A DNA stretch of 46,520 nt from Vicugna vicugna (Eukaryota), in assembly GCA_013265495.1 (NCBI GenBank), contig MU057744.1, positions 3,237,370 through 3,283,889 on the forward strand. The letters are read 5' to 3'. Made by a program: the position numbers and the translations under genes. How positions within the stretch are numbered: the first letter of the stretch is position 1; the number at the start of each line of letters is the position of its first letter. The notes under the pieces are model-generated. The model was given only the letters and a program-made list of their open reading frames with translations, did not search any database and was not told the DNA's origin. Shown piece after piece: positions 30,663-42,211 of the stretch.

Positions 30663-33563
30663 TTACGAGGGATGCCAGGTCCTCTTCATTTTGGCCTTTT
30701 TTGTCCAACTTTTCCCTCTCTGATTATGAACACTTGCCCTGACCATATAAAGCCCTGTCCTCACAGGAGACGCACGTGTAGTGTCAGGAGGTGATGTCTC
30801 TGGGTGTAGCTCCCTTCCCGTTCTTACTCCTTCAAAGAGTGCAGTTTAACAGGATCTTCCTGCCACTTCTCAGAAGGAAAAGTGGACAGCTTTTCTTTTT
30901 TTTAATATTTACAGCAATCATTTCCTAAGCGATCTTGATTTATGGGTTTTATTTGCTTCTGTTTTCCGGAATGGAATTAACGCATTAGCAGCAGTGCCTT
31001 ACAGAAGGCATCTGAGCCTCCCTGGATAAACATTTCGGGCGTATGTGGGACGGGGGAGAGGGGCTAAGTTATTTTCAGCGTCTCTTCCAGCTCTCTTTCC
31101 GTGACTTCAGTCTGGTCCTTTTCTTGTCACTGCTTACTAGATTGCAAACCAGATTCTTAGTGGAAACTGCACAGCACTACATCCCATGGTTGTCCAGCCT
31201 CTCCACTGTCTCCTTGGTTCCCTTGCCCTCTTTCCAGTTTGTCGTCTGTCCCTTTGCTGTCTTGGCAGCACCTCCACCGCCCTCGGCCAGCTTCACCACC
31301 TCTTCACCAGGCAGGCAGCTCCTCACGAGTGATTTGCAGGTCTCAGTATAAACAGACCCAGGGGCCAGAGGGACGCCCTCAGCCACTGCGGTGGAAGCCA
31401 TGCTATGCGTTTCTGGCACCCTCTAAGCCCGTGACTGTGGGTGACCCCCATGACCTCATTTACAAGTATTTCATTTATATGGAGAAGATGAAATTAATGA
31501 GCTGGGAAACATAAAACCTAGTTATGTGACTGCTTGAAATTAAATTCTGAGTTGTGAAGGCTGCATTAGTTCAAATGGCTTTTTGAATTTAGTTGAGATG
31601 AGCATGTGAGGTTCAAAAACAGAAATAAGTCACTCAAGCCCCTGGCTTCCAGTCGGGCTGCGTGGAGGCCACAGAGCGTTCTCTTCCGCTGGGTCCCGCT
31701 GCCTCTCTGCGCTCCGTAGTCTCCCTGGAGGTGTCCCCTGACCCTTTTCCAGTGTGAGGTTCCTTTCTCCTTCTTTTTTGTGTCTGTCTAATTTCTGATT
31801 GTCTCTCCTGGTATTTTGTGGATTTCTCAGCTCCCGTTTGCCTGGGACGGTCATTTCTCCTGATCCCACCTGTACTACCTGGAATTGACGAGGGTCACTT
31901 CCTTCAGGAAAAGTGGGGACCAAGCTGACTGTGGGAGCGGCTGTCGTCAGGAGACCGTAGTTTTTATTTTACTCCTCATGGGAAAGTCTAGTTTGTTGGT
32001 CCCTCCTGCTTTGGCACTTAGGAGCCTTTCCTAGGCAGGGAGTGGAAATTTTCTTTGTGTAAAATTATCTTTTTAAAAAAATGTGCATATGTAGGTGACA
32101 GCACACCTCACCAGCAGCTTTCTGACACATGAGGTTACCACTGTGCATCTCAAGGGGTATGTGGGGGATTAGCTGTGCCAATATATGTAAAAAGCTTTAC
32201 AATTAAAGATGCTATAGGTGACATGTGCAGTATATCTGTGTGTACTGTGTAGCATGTTTACATAACGTATTTCATATGTCATGAATATTTAAAGATGATA
32301 AAAATATATATATACATTTATACATTTAAAGTACATTGTTAGTGTGAATAGTTGTTATTTTTAAATGTAATTCTTATATTGAATAGGTAAGTGTTTTTCT
32401 TCCCCTGAATCCCATGTTCGGCAAATATTTTAATATTGGAAATCGGACAACCACTGAGCTCTGACAACTGGACGTTTTTTTACATTGTTTATTTGGATGA
32501 CCCCAAATGAAAGACTGCAGTCCATGTTAAGTTACCAAAGAAAGATGACACTTGGTTCGATTATAGAGTGTATTTTCAATGATAAGGCCTATCTTACGCT
32601 CTTTTAGTTATTTGAAAGGATACGGAAGATGGTGCTCGTTATGGCAATTCCAGCTGACGTCACTGGTGAACTCCAAAAACCCAGTGGAGTAAAACCATGT
32701 TTTACTATTTCGCTTACGCAAGAGTCCACTGAGGAGTTTTCTGGTCAGGTATCTCTTCTCCAAGCAGTGATCTGAGGATCACTCCATCCTTTGGGTTTTT
32801 CGTGCCAGATGCAGTTCCACAGTCCCCGTAAGGATGTCTCCACTGCAGCCACTGGGAAGAGGGAGACAGCGTGTGAGACTGGGTCTGGGGGAGGTGCTGT
32901 GGGCCGGGCTGGCAGTGGTGTGAGTTCCTTCTGCCCGGGTCTCCCCGGGGCCCCCGGGGCCCTGCTTACAAGGGAGGCTGGAGAAAGTCGTCCAGCTGTG
33001 CGCTCAGAGGGAAGAGAAGAGGAAGGCTGTAGAGATGAGCCAGTCCCTGCGCCGTATGCAGGCAATAAGAAGTAAGGCACGTGTTTCTACTGCTATTAAT
33101 CACAATGCCACTTTCCCAGCCACAGGGAGTAAATGCACAGCTCGTTCCCTGCTATTCTTTTGAACTTTACCTGGGGTGGCTTCATACTGGTCTTCAGAGG
33201 ATTACTGAAGATAAATGTCCCTGCTCTGGCCTGGTGATTGTGCAAGTCCAAACAGCAGCAGACACAAGGCTGTTAGCAGCAGAGCTGGAAGTGGGAAGAC
33301 CAGTCCTCTGACCTCGTGCACAGAGTAGTAGCTCCTAAATCGCACTGACCTCCGAGAGCATAAACTCGCCAGGGCCAGGGCCCGGCCGGTTCTCAGAGGA
33401 CAGCTGCACTGACAGCAGAGTCAGACGGAGGGGCCACACTTCACCTGCTCTGCGGTTGTACTAAACGCGCAAATTTGTGAAAATAACTGTTAGAAAGAAA
33501 GCGCACAGTGACATTTTTCACAGATAAACTATTTGTTTTGTATTGTTTTTTCACTAGCAAAAT

Positions 33564-33597
33564 CACACACACACACACACACACACACAGAGAGAGA
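33564..33597. repeat. (CA)13(GA)4 compound microsatellite
   Basis: Read directly from the sequence. Confidence 0.95.
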
Positions 33598-34344
33598 AAA
33601 ACATCTGCAGGAGTCTTTCCTGAAATAAAAATAGCATCCCCTACAGCTTGTCAAGCTCAACAGCATTTCTTTAAGGGGGCACATGGAGCAATCTCAATCA
33701 TTCAGAAATCTCTGCCGGGCGGCGAGAGCTGAGGCGAGTGAGAATGTCTGGGGATCTCTGCACCCGGAGCGGCCACAGAAATGTGACTGTTGGCATTTCA
33801 GGTCTTCTAATCAGTTACATTTTTTGTTGTCCGAGGTCATGGTACATTTTGCTGGCCACATCCTAAGGCTTACTTTGCCCTGGGAGATCTTGACTCAAAC
33901 AGAAGACCCAGTGTAATCTCTGCCAGTTCTGAGAGCTTGAGGGAAGAAAAATAAGTCCATTAGGCAAAGACACTAAAGTGGTGTGGAAAAGAGGACACGG
34001 TCCTCAAGGAGTTGGGGAAGAAGCCAGGATTGAAAGCCTGGAGATTCCACGGTGGAGATGATGAGGGTGGGGACACCAGAACCACCTCGTGTAAGCGGGG
34101 CTGCGCAAGATGGCGCATCACAATGTACGTGTGTGTCTGCAAGTACTTGCATGTGGTCCTGCACCCCACTCAGAGTCCTGGTTACAGAAGAGGAGGAGTG
34201 CAGTGGGTGGTCAGAAGACGTTTACTCACTTCCTTGCAGCTCCCTCTAACTGCTGTCCGTCTCCAGCTGACCTCCAGCCCCTCTCTCTGAGCCCCTTGGC
34301 CACTGGGGCATCAGGCTGATAGAAAAAAAAAATCCTACTTTTCT

Positions 34345-35278
34345 TCTCTTTTTTAAAAATTGAATTATAGTTGATATACAGTGTTGTTTCTATTGTATAG
34401 CATAGTGATTCAGTTATATATATATGTATATATATTCTTTTTCATTATAGGTTATTATAAGCTCTTGGATTGTAGTTCCCTGTGCTATACAGTAGGATCT
34501 TGTTGTTTATCTATTCTGTATATAGAAGTTTGTATCTTCTAATCCCAAACTCCTAATTTATGCCCCAAACTTTCCCCTTTGGTAATTATAAGTTTGTTTT
34601 CTGTGTCTGTGAGTCTCTTTCTGTTTTGTAAATAAGTTCATTTGTCTCATTTTTTAGATTCTACATATAAGTGATATCATATGATATTTGCCTTTGACTT
34701 ACTTCACTTAGTATGATAATCTCTAGGGCCATCCATGTTGCTACAATGGCATTGAAATGATGGAAATATTTTTTATGGCTGAGTAGTATTCCATTGTATG
34801 TACACACCACGACTTCTTTATCCAGTCATCTGTCGATGGACATTTAGTTGCTTCCATGTCTTGGCCATTGTAAATAGTGCTGCTGTGAACACTGGGATGT
34901 GTGTATCTTTTCGAATTAAAGTTCTCTCTGGATATATGCCCAGGACTGGGATTGCTGGGTCATATGGTATGTCTATTTTTAGTTTTTTGAGGAATCTCCA
35001 TACTCCATACAGTGGCTGCACCAAGCTGCATTCCTACCAGCAGTGAAGGAGGGTTCCCTTTTCTCCACACCCTCTCCAGGATTTATGTTTGTGGACTTTG
35101 TAATGAGGGCCATTCTAACCTATGTGAGGTGATAACCTCATTGTAGTTTCAATTTGCATTTCTCTGATAATTAGTGATATTGAGCATCTTTTCATGTGCC
35201 TGTTGGCCATCTGGATGTCTTCACTGGAGAAATGTCTATGTAGGTCTTCTGCCCATCCTTTGGTTAGGTTGTTTGTTT
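34345..35278 (-). mobile_element. 5'-truncated L1 (ORF2 C-terminus plus 3' UTR, about 930 bp)
   Basis: ORF 34818-35024(-) [52 protein letters not shown] is L1 ORF2p C-terminal sequence. A typical artiodactyl 3' UTR runs to a T-rich tail near 34345. Confidence 0.95.
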
Positions 35279-35279
35279 A

Positions 35280-35397
35280 TGTGTGTGTTAGTCTACGTGT
35301 TACTGAGTACCTCCTGTGAACCAGGCGTTCTACCAGACACCAGGGAAACAGTGGTGAATGAGACAGAAGTCTCTGCCTGCTGAGAGCGCTCAGTCTG
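35280..35397 (-). mobile_element. L2 3' end
   Basis: 'ttactgagtacctcctgtgaaccaggcgttctaccagacaccagggaaacagtggtgaatgagacagaagtctctgcc' is a reverse L2 terminus. Confidence 0.7.
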
Positions 35398-37846
35398 CTC
35401 AGCACGAAGCCTCTGAGATGCAGAATTGAGATTCAAACAATGAAAGGAAGCCTCCCTGCCAGGCTCCTGGTGAAGCCTTAGGCCAGATGGAGACAGAAGT
35501 CACTGTCCTCTCTCACATAGGAGACGAGCCCTGAGAAATGCTCACTGTTAACAGGTCTCTCCATGTTCATAAATGGATGAGATCAGTTTAAAAATTTTCT
35601 TCGTATTCAACAAACTGTAAATAAGATGACTTCTGAATTCATTGTTCTCCCCCTTTTTATAGCAACTCATCAAACCCCAAATGTGTTCCTGTAAAGCTAC
35701 AGGATGTGAGGACTGAATGGATTTGAAAGACGGTGAAACTCAAGGCTCACAGGGAGAACTACTTCTTCCTGTTCAAATCGTGGACCACAGAGTCCTGTCT
35801 AAAAGCTAAGCGTCAAGGCCGGGCTTGGAGCTGGCTCGTCAAATGGCAGTGCTGCTGGGGTCTCCCGGGCATCACGGCACGCCCGAGTGACCCGGCCGTG
35901 ATTCGCACTTTACAGCAAGACCTGGCCTGAGTTTGTGGGTGGCCTAGTGACAGATGCCGTTGAACAGAAAGTGGTTGTCCTTTAGGGCACACGTGTGCGT
36001 AGCAAGCCACATCCTGACCTGGCTGCCGCCCTCCTCAGTGAGAGAGGGCTCCCTTGCCTCACGATTACCCTTCAGGAAGCACTGTGCATGGGCGCTAGCC
36101 GTCTCTCACCGTGTGTCGCGCGCTCGGGCGTCTTCCCAGCTGCAGGGTGTGAGTCGCTGGCTTCCCTGAAACACCGCCGTCTTTTCATTTTTATTTCACC
36201 TTTGAAATGAGTAGCCACCCTTAAAGGTATTCTGAATTCTCTAGGGGTTGCTTCAGGATTGTTTTAATACAGTTTTATCTTCGGTTTCAAGAGTTTAAGT
36301 TACAGTTGCCCCGGGAAGAGGGGTAGATAGGCTCATGGTGCCTTCATGGTCCTCCCCTGGGACAGGGGCCCGGAGGCACCGCTCAGGTCCTCTGCCGGGT
36401 TATCGTAATTCCAGCCAAGAACGATGGGGAGCTGGTCCACATCAGGGGCCTTTCGAAAACCGATGGTACTGATGGTAGCAATAAGACCGTAAATCTGAAG
36501 CAGAAGTATTCCTAGAATTCCACATTTGTACCCACCTGCTCAGGCGGAAGAGTTACGCACATCGGGTGAAGAGTCAGGATTGTGGTTTGCGCTTTAAGCG
36601 TAAAAACACGTCATCTGCTGGGTTGAGGCAGAGGGACCCGAGTGGTGCACCTGGCATCCTCCTCAGCTTTTTGAGTCGTTTAGGGGATCCTCACCACGTC
36701 ACAGTCTTCGGGGGTCGAAGTGAGCGGATGTGTGACTTGAAGGAAATGAAACCTGTACTTGCTCCCAGGTTACGTGCTGTCACTCATTTAGGTCAGAATA
36801 TTGTTCTTTTCTGTACAGCCAGTATTTCTGGATGGAAAACAGAGATCACAGTAAATAAGTGATCTTCATGACAGGAGACGATGGAGCTGAGAAGCGACTG
36901 GTGAGCTGACCATCTGCGGCAGGGATGGCGAGGGTGGGCGGGGCTGGGGGCCCCCCGAGGGTAGCCGACTCCGAGCGTGAACCTGGCTTCCTCCCGCCGA
37001 CTTTCCTCAGGCTGACTTGTAGTTTGTGTTAGATTTATCGTGTGATCATCATGTAACTCCAGTGGATGTACCAATAACGTGCAAGATTTCAGACATCAGG
37101 GCCAGAGGGGTGGCACCAAGGACCTGCCACATACAGTCTGCATTTCGTTTCAACTAGTGTCACTTGGCACCTGATACCCACTCTCTCTGTGTTTTATTCT
37201 CCTTCCAGTGAAACATGGGTGTTGGGCTCTGTGAATCTGGGGGTTCGTTCAGCTCTAACTCTGTGGTTTTTAATGACCAATCTCTGAACAGGCAGCAGTG
37301 TTTCTGTTTATTAATTTGCAAGTTTTGTAAGCTATTCAGCCACTTCTAAGATGAAGCAAGTAATTGATATTACATTGCTTTGTCTCTCTTTCATCATTTT
37401 TCTCTTTCTTTCTTTATTTTCAAGATGTTTCTGTTCATAGCAATAAAATTAGCAGGTCTTTTAAACAGCAGAGCGCTCACTATGCTGGCCAGGTAACAGT
37501 ATTTAATGTGTTATCACATCTCTGTAGATGTCTAATATGGGATCATTTCCAAAGTTGCTTGTATTAGCCATACGTGAGAGTAGGTTATTCATCTGTTAAT
37601 TAAATCACATTTGCAAGCTAACTTGATGTTCAAAATCTTTACAGTATTGTGCTGGTTACTCTTAAGAGGGTACAATTATCTTTAATAATTATTTTTTAAT
37701 TTTTATGTGAAGGACAAATTAGTATCTTTGCTGTGGCAACCACAGTTTTTTAAACCCAAAGTTAAGAAAAATATTAGCTTCTCTGTGTTACTTTATCTAA
37801 AGTCCTTTGATTTGATGAGTAGCATTTGGCAAATGAGCTGGCACAA

Positions 37847-37954
37847 AAAGTAGGTGGGGAATAATGAATATTTTATTGATGATCTTAAGAGCAATTTTAA
37901 TAAAGTAGGTGGGTTTAATGAATGTTTTTATTGAGGAACCTTACAAGTAACTTC
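37847..37954. repeat. Imperfect two-copy tandem duplication, period 55 bp
   Basis: AAAGTAGGTGGGGAATAATGAATATTTTATTGATGATCTTAAGAGCAATTTT (37847) versus AAAGTAGGTGGGTTTAATGAATGTTTTTATTGAGGAACCTTACAAGTAACTTC (37902). Confidence 0.85.
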
Positions 37955-39609
37955 TCAGGCTCCTCCAGGAGAAGGCGTGCCTTTGACTGAAGTGACTGTA
38001 GTTTTTGCTCACCGGTGGAGCTTAATCGCATCGAGTGACTCGTGCGAGCACTGGTCCCGTGAGCCCCTTGTGCTGCGAGCCACACACCAGTGTCTGTGCT
38101 CTGATGAACATCCCCTGAGGCGGGGCTCCCGCGCCGTCCGCAGCGGCCCTCGCCAGGCCTTGTTCCTTGTCCAGGCACATGCTGACTGCAGTCAGGAGGG
38201 AGGTGAAGATGAAGGCCTTTCTCTTACTGTCTTCCTTGGTTTCCACCGTCTGCAAAGCGCTGTACTGACCTGTGATTATGATGGGCTCCTTGAGGGGCTG
38301 TATTGTCGCCTCAGAAATCGGGAAAGCATTGCAGAGATTCACAGTTTTTACTGGAAGTCGGTCATCCTTGTGTTTCCAAGAACAGGGGAATTTTTCTTCC
38401 CCAGATTTAGAAGGATCACATTTGAAATAACTTTTTATTTGCTAACTGGCAGCACTTAGGTCTCACCAGGTTGCCTCAGTCTGAGCTGAGTGTGAACACA
38501 CTGTCGCGTCCGCACGGCGAGGGGTGAGGGGGCTGTGCCGATGCTGTCACGCTGACTGTGCTCAGTGACGTTTATGCTCTGGCCTTGGGAACGTGAAGGG
38601 GGTGTTTCCTGGAGTCTTCTGGCTCTGTGTAGTTTTTTAATTCATCAAAAAATGCAAATGTTGAAAGTCCTGTTGATAATATAGTTTGTTTTAAGACATT
38701 TGTTAATATTACTACTGCTTTGAACAAATATGTATGAAATATGCACCTGATGGAACCTGAAGTTGCACGCAAGGAAGTGCTGGTGTCTCCAGGTTTTCCT
38801 CCCTCACCTGTACTGTTTTTTCCACTTGAGTTGGAGAAAGAAAATCGAATAAGATGAAGTGAAGGAAGGCAGTCACAGAGGGAAAGGGGAGGTGGGAAAC
38901 TGACTTAACCTGTGGGCCCCAGGGAGAGAAAACCACCACACGTCAGAAGGGGAAGGGGTCTCAGAGTGAACGTCCCCACACGGGGTCCTTTCAGACAGAA
39001 CGCGTCCCAGTGGAATGGTCCAGTTACTTGATAAGTGCTGAACCGAGGTGGGAAGTCAGCCGTGTGGGCTCCATGTACCTTGTGGTGCAATTAGCTCTTC
39101 ACTGTGGGTTCTGTGCCTCCCGGCCAGTGTCCATGGGCAGATCGCTGGGCTGACCACCACCCGCCAGAGGCTTTCTCTACGTTGGTGAAAGGCACACCCC
39201 ATTGTCCCTCCTTGGCAGCCACCAGGTCACGCTACAGTGTATCTCATCCATTATCATTTGTAAATGAAGTCAACAAATCCATCAACTACATGACTCTTTC
39301 ATTTCACGTTACACTGATGGTTTCTGCAATAAAAGGAAGACAGAAGGCCTGAATTGTTCCCAAATCCTGGTTTAAAAATATGAGCATTTCTAGGCCTGTT
39401 TAAGAGAATACCTCAGCCATATGATGGAAGCCACTCTACACAGGGGATGGCCATGTCCAGCGTGTAGCGTGTGGAACAGCGGCTGCACCTCGGCGAATCT
39501 GCCTCGTTCCCTCCCCCGTGGGGTCTGTTTCCTCTTGCTGTACAGCATTTTGGAGAAGCTGTGTTTTCAGCGCAGTGGTGGTCTAACAGGGAGGCCACTG
39601 GGGCACGTC

Positions 39610-40546
39610 TAACGCACTGTGTCTGAAACACCCCTCAGAGTGAAAGGGCCAGACCTGAATCCCACATTCCCGGAGCCCAGACCTACACCTCCCTGGAAAC
39701 CTCTTTCTTCACGGTGCTCAGGACTAAAGCTTTGGGGTTATCCTTGCTTTTTCCTTTCTCTCCTGCTCCTGTTGGCTCTCTTTAAAAACAAACAAAAATA
39801 ACTGTAATATATGGTCAGTTCTACCAGCCCCAGACCCACTTCCAAGTCCAGGTCACCCTCAACTCTCCTCTGAATCATTTTCGTCGTGTCCTGAGTTCAC
39901 ACCCTGCTTCTGTCTTTGAACACACAGGTCCTTCCCGCGCAGCAGCCAGCGAGACACACAGCAGTCAGCGAGACTCTCGCACTTTTATTCATGACCTTCC
40001 CAACACTCTTATTCCGAACTCTGCTGGCTTCTGCTCTCATCCAGAGTGAAGTCCAGAGTCTGGGCTGGCACCTGAGCCCCAGGTGGCCTGCTCCCTGATG
40101 CCTGTCCAGTGTCACCTCCCACCAGCTGTCCCCTGCCTGGCCCGCACTGGCTCCCGCACCATGTCCCCCTCACAGCACACCTGCTCTCTGGGGACACCTG
40201 GAGTCCCTTCCCTGTGGCTTCTTCCTGCTCTGCTCTACCTTCAGACTCTGCTCAACATCATTCTATTGGAGAGGCCCCTTGGACAACCCTAAATAAGCAG
40301 AATGAACCGCCCTCCTGTACAAGCGCACGCTTACCCCTCCTTACTTCACCCCTCGTCGTGGAGCTTGTCGCCGCCTGAGTGTAACGTGTATATGACATGC
40401 ATATTTGATCGGCCAGGCCCCCTTCCAGTCCAGGATAGAAGCTTCTGGTGGCAGACCCTGCTTGTTGACTCCTCCGTCCCAGCACATGGAACAGTGCCTG
40501 GCACACAGTAGATACTCCAGAAATGTTTGTTGAATGAGTGAATGAC
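39610..40546 (+). mobile_element. L2 (L2a-like) remnant with recognisable 3' terminus
   Basis: Internal 'gtgctcaggactaaagctttggggttatccttg' and terminal 'cccagcacatggaacagtgcctggcacacagtagatactccagaaatgtttgttgaatgagtgaatga'. Confidence 0.8.
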
Positions 40547-40789
40547 TCCAGGCAGAAAGCTCAGTCTGCACATCAGCTGAGTGCCACAGTCCCTGGAGAG
40601 AGGAGTAGCCTGTCAGACACCGAGGAGCAGGGACTGCCTGGCAGGTGTCACCTGGCACATCTCAGGAGGAGGACCAAGGTGCTCTAGGCTTACACGTCCT
40701 TGAGGGCTTCCTGGTGCAGACAGGACCAGCGTGCAGCCTGGGGTGACCGAGAATGTTCGGAGTTAGACACAGGTAAATGGAGAGACTGC

Positions 40790-41290
40790 TGATCGGATGC
40801 AAATGCCAGGGAGACGGCGAGAGATCTGCTACTGGATTCTGGGGACTAGAAACCTCAGATGCTGGTATCTGTATTCTGGAGGTATTTTCAGTGAAGTGTC
40901 ATTTGAAGCCTTCGGAGTGAATGAGTATCTAAAGATGAGAGCGGAGCGAGGAGGGCAGGGCCTGGACCCCCGGAAGTGGCTGAGCTTAACGGGCAGGGTG
41001 AGGGTCAGGCCATTCATGGCACAACAGAAACGGAGGCCAGATCCACTGGAAGAAGCACAGTCCTGAGGAGCCAAGGGACGAGGACAGTGCAAGTCAGAGC
41101 TGGTCCAGGCAGCGCAGTGACATCCAGGAGGAGGGCTCTCGGGAGGCCGCTAGGCTGGACACGGACGAGGTCCCTTGGTGGACTGTGTGTGGCTCAAGTG
41201 GTGGGCAGAGGGTAGGCCGGACAGAATGGGCTTCAGAGTGAGCCTGGGGGAAAGAGGGCTGGCGAGGTTAGGCGAGAAGAGGACCTGGAC
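40790..41290 (-). mobile_element. L2 internal remnant
   Basis: 'gtcatttgaagccttcggagtgaatgagtatctaaagatgagagcggagcgagg' resembles reverse L2 'gtatttaaagccatgggactggatgagatcacctagggagagagtgtaga'. Confidence 0.55.
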
Positions 41291-41979
41291 CCCCGGTCGG
41301 GGGTCTGCTCCTGAGGCTGGAGACACGCCCCCTTCCTCCTGCCAGCACCCCCAGCCCCTCCCAGATGCCCACCAATTCTGTTCTTATCTCCTCTTCCCCA
41401 AGGTGCCCATGCCACAGAGGACACCTTGCCGCCATTGTCACTTCCAGTGACATCAGGAGAAGCAGTCAGACTGGGCATCATTGACTTTCTGCTTTTTCAG
41501 CCTGGACGGTCTTTCCCAACAGCCCAGATCCTGTTGCCTTCAGAAGGAAACTCCACTGGGCCCGGCCCTGTCTCAGGGAGAAAGTAAGGCCTTATGAAAC
41601 GCAGAAATGCCCGCATTCCCTTGAAGCTTTCAGTGAACCCACAAATGATTAGTGCCAGTCAAATGAGAGTGGGTCACAGCTCAGACAGTGAGCAGGTCTG
41701 CACTGCACAGACGTGCCCTGAGGGCTGCAGTCGGAAAAGCTGCTCATTACAGGGCTTGTTAAATGGGTGTTTCTCCTTCACTCCAGGGAGTTTTTTTCCC
41801 CAGAACTAATGGCGTGTGTGGGAATGTCAGAATAAGGTGGTTAGACCACCGAGGATGTTTTCCAGAGGACTGGAGATGGGGAGGGAGGTGGAGAAGGAGC
41901 TGGGAGTAAAGGAGGTTGTGGGCGTCTGTCTAAGGTTTCCAGCTTATGGTCACCGCCTCCCTTATCTTCACTCCTCTTT

Positions 41980-42211
41980 TTTTTTTAACATTTTTTTATT
42001 GATTTATAATCATTTTACAATGTTGTGTCAAATTCCAGTGTTCAGCACAATTTTTCAGTCATTCATGGACATATACACACTCATTGTCACATTTTTTTCT
42101 CTGTGATTTATCATAACATTTTGTGTATATTTCCCTGTGCTATACAGTGTAATCTTGTTTATCTATTCTACAATTTTGAAATCCCAGTCTATCCCTTCCC
42201 ACCCTCCACCC
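41980..42211 (-). mobile_element. Young 5'-truncated L1 3' end (232 bp) with 17-bp TSD
   Basis: Poly-T tail and L1 3' UTR ('ttttacaatgttgtgtcaaattccagtg...tttccctgtgctatacagtg'). Perfect TSD TATCTTCACTCCTCTTT at 41963-41979 and 42212-42228, followed by AA, giving an L1 endonuclease-type CTTT/AA site. Confidence 0.93.

Noticed and set aside
24652..37954. Short direct repeats as a CRISPR-like array
   Set aside because: They are unrelated two-copy duplications with no repeat-spacer periodicity, in a eukaryotic context.
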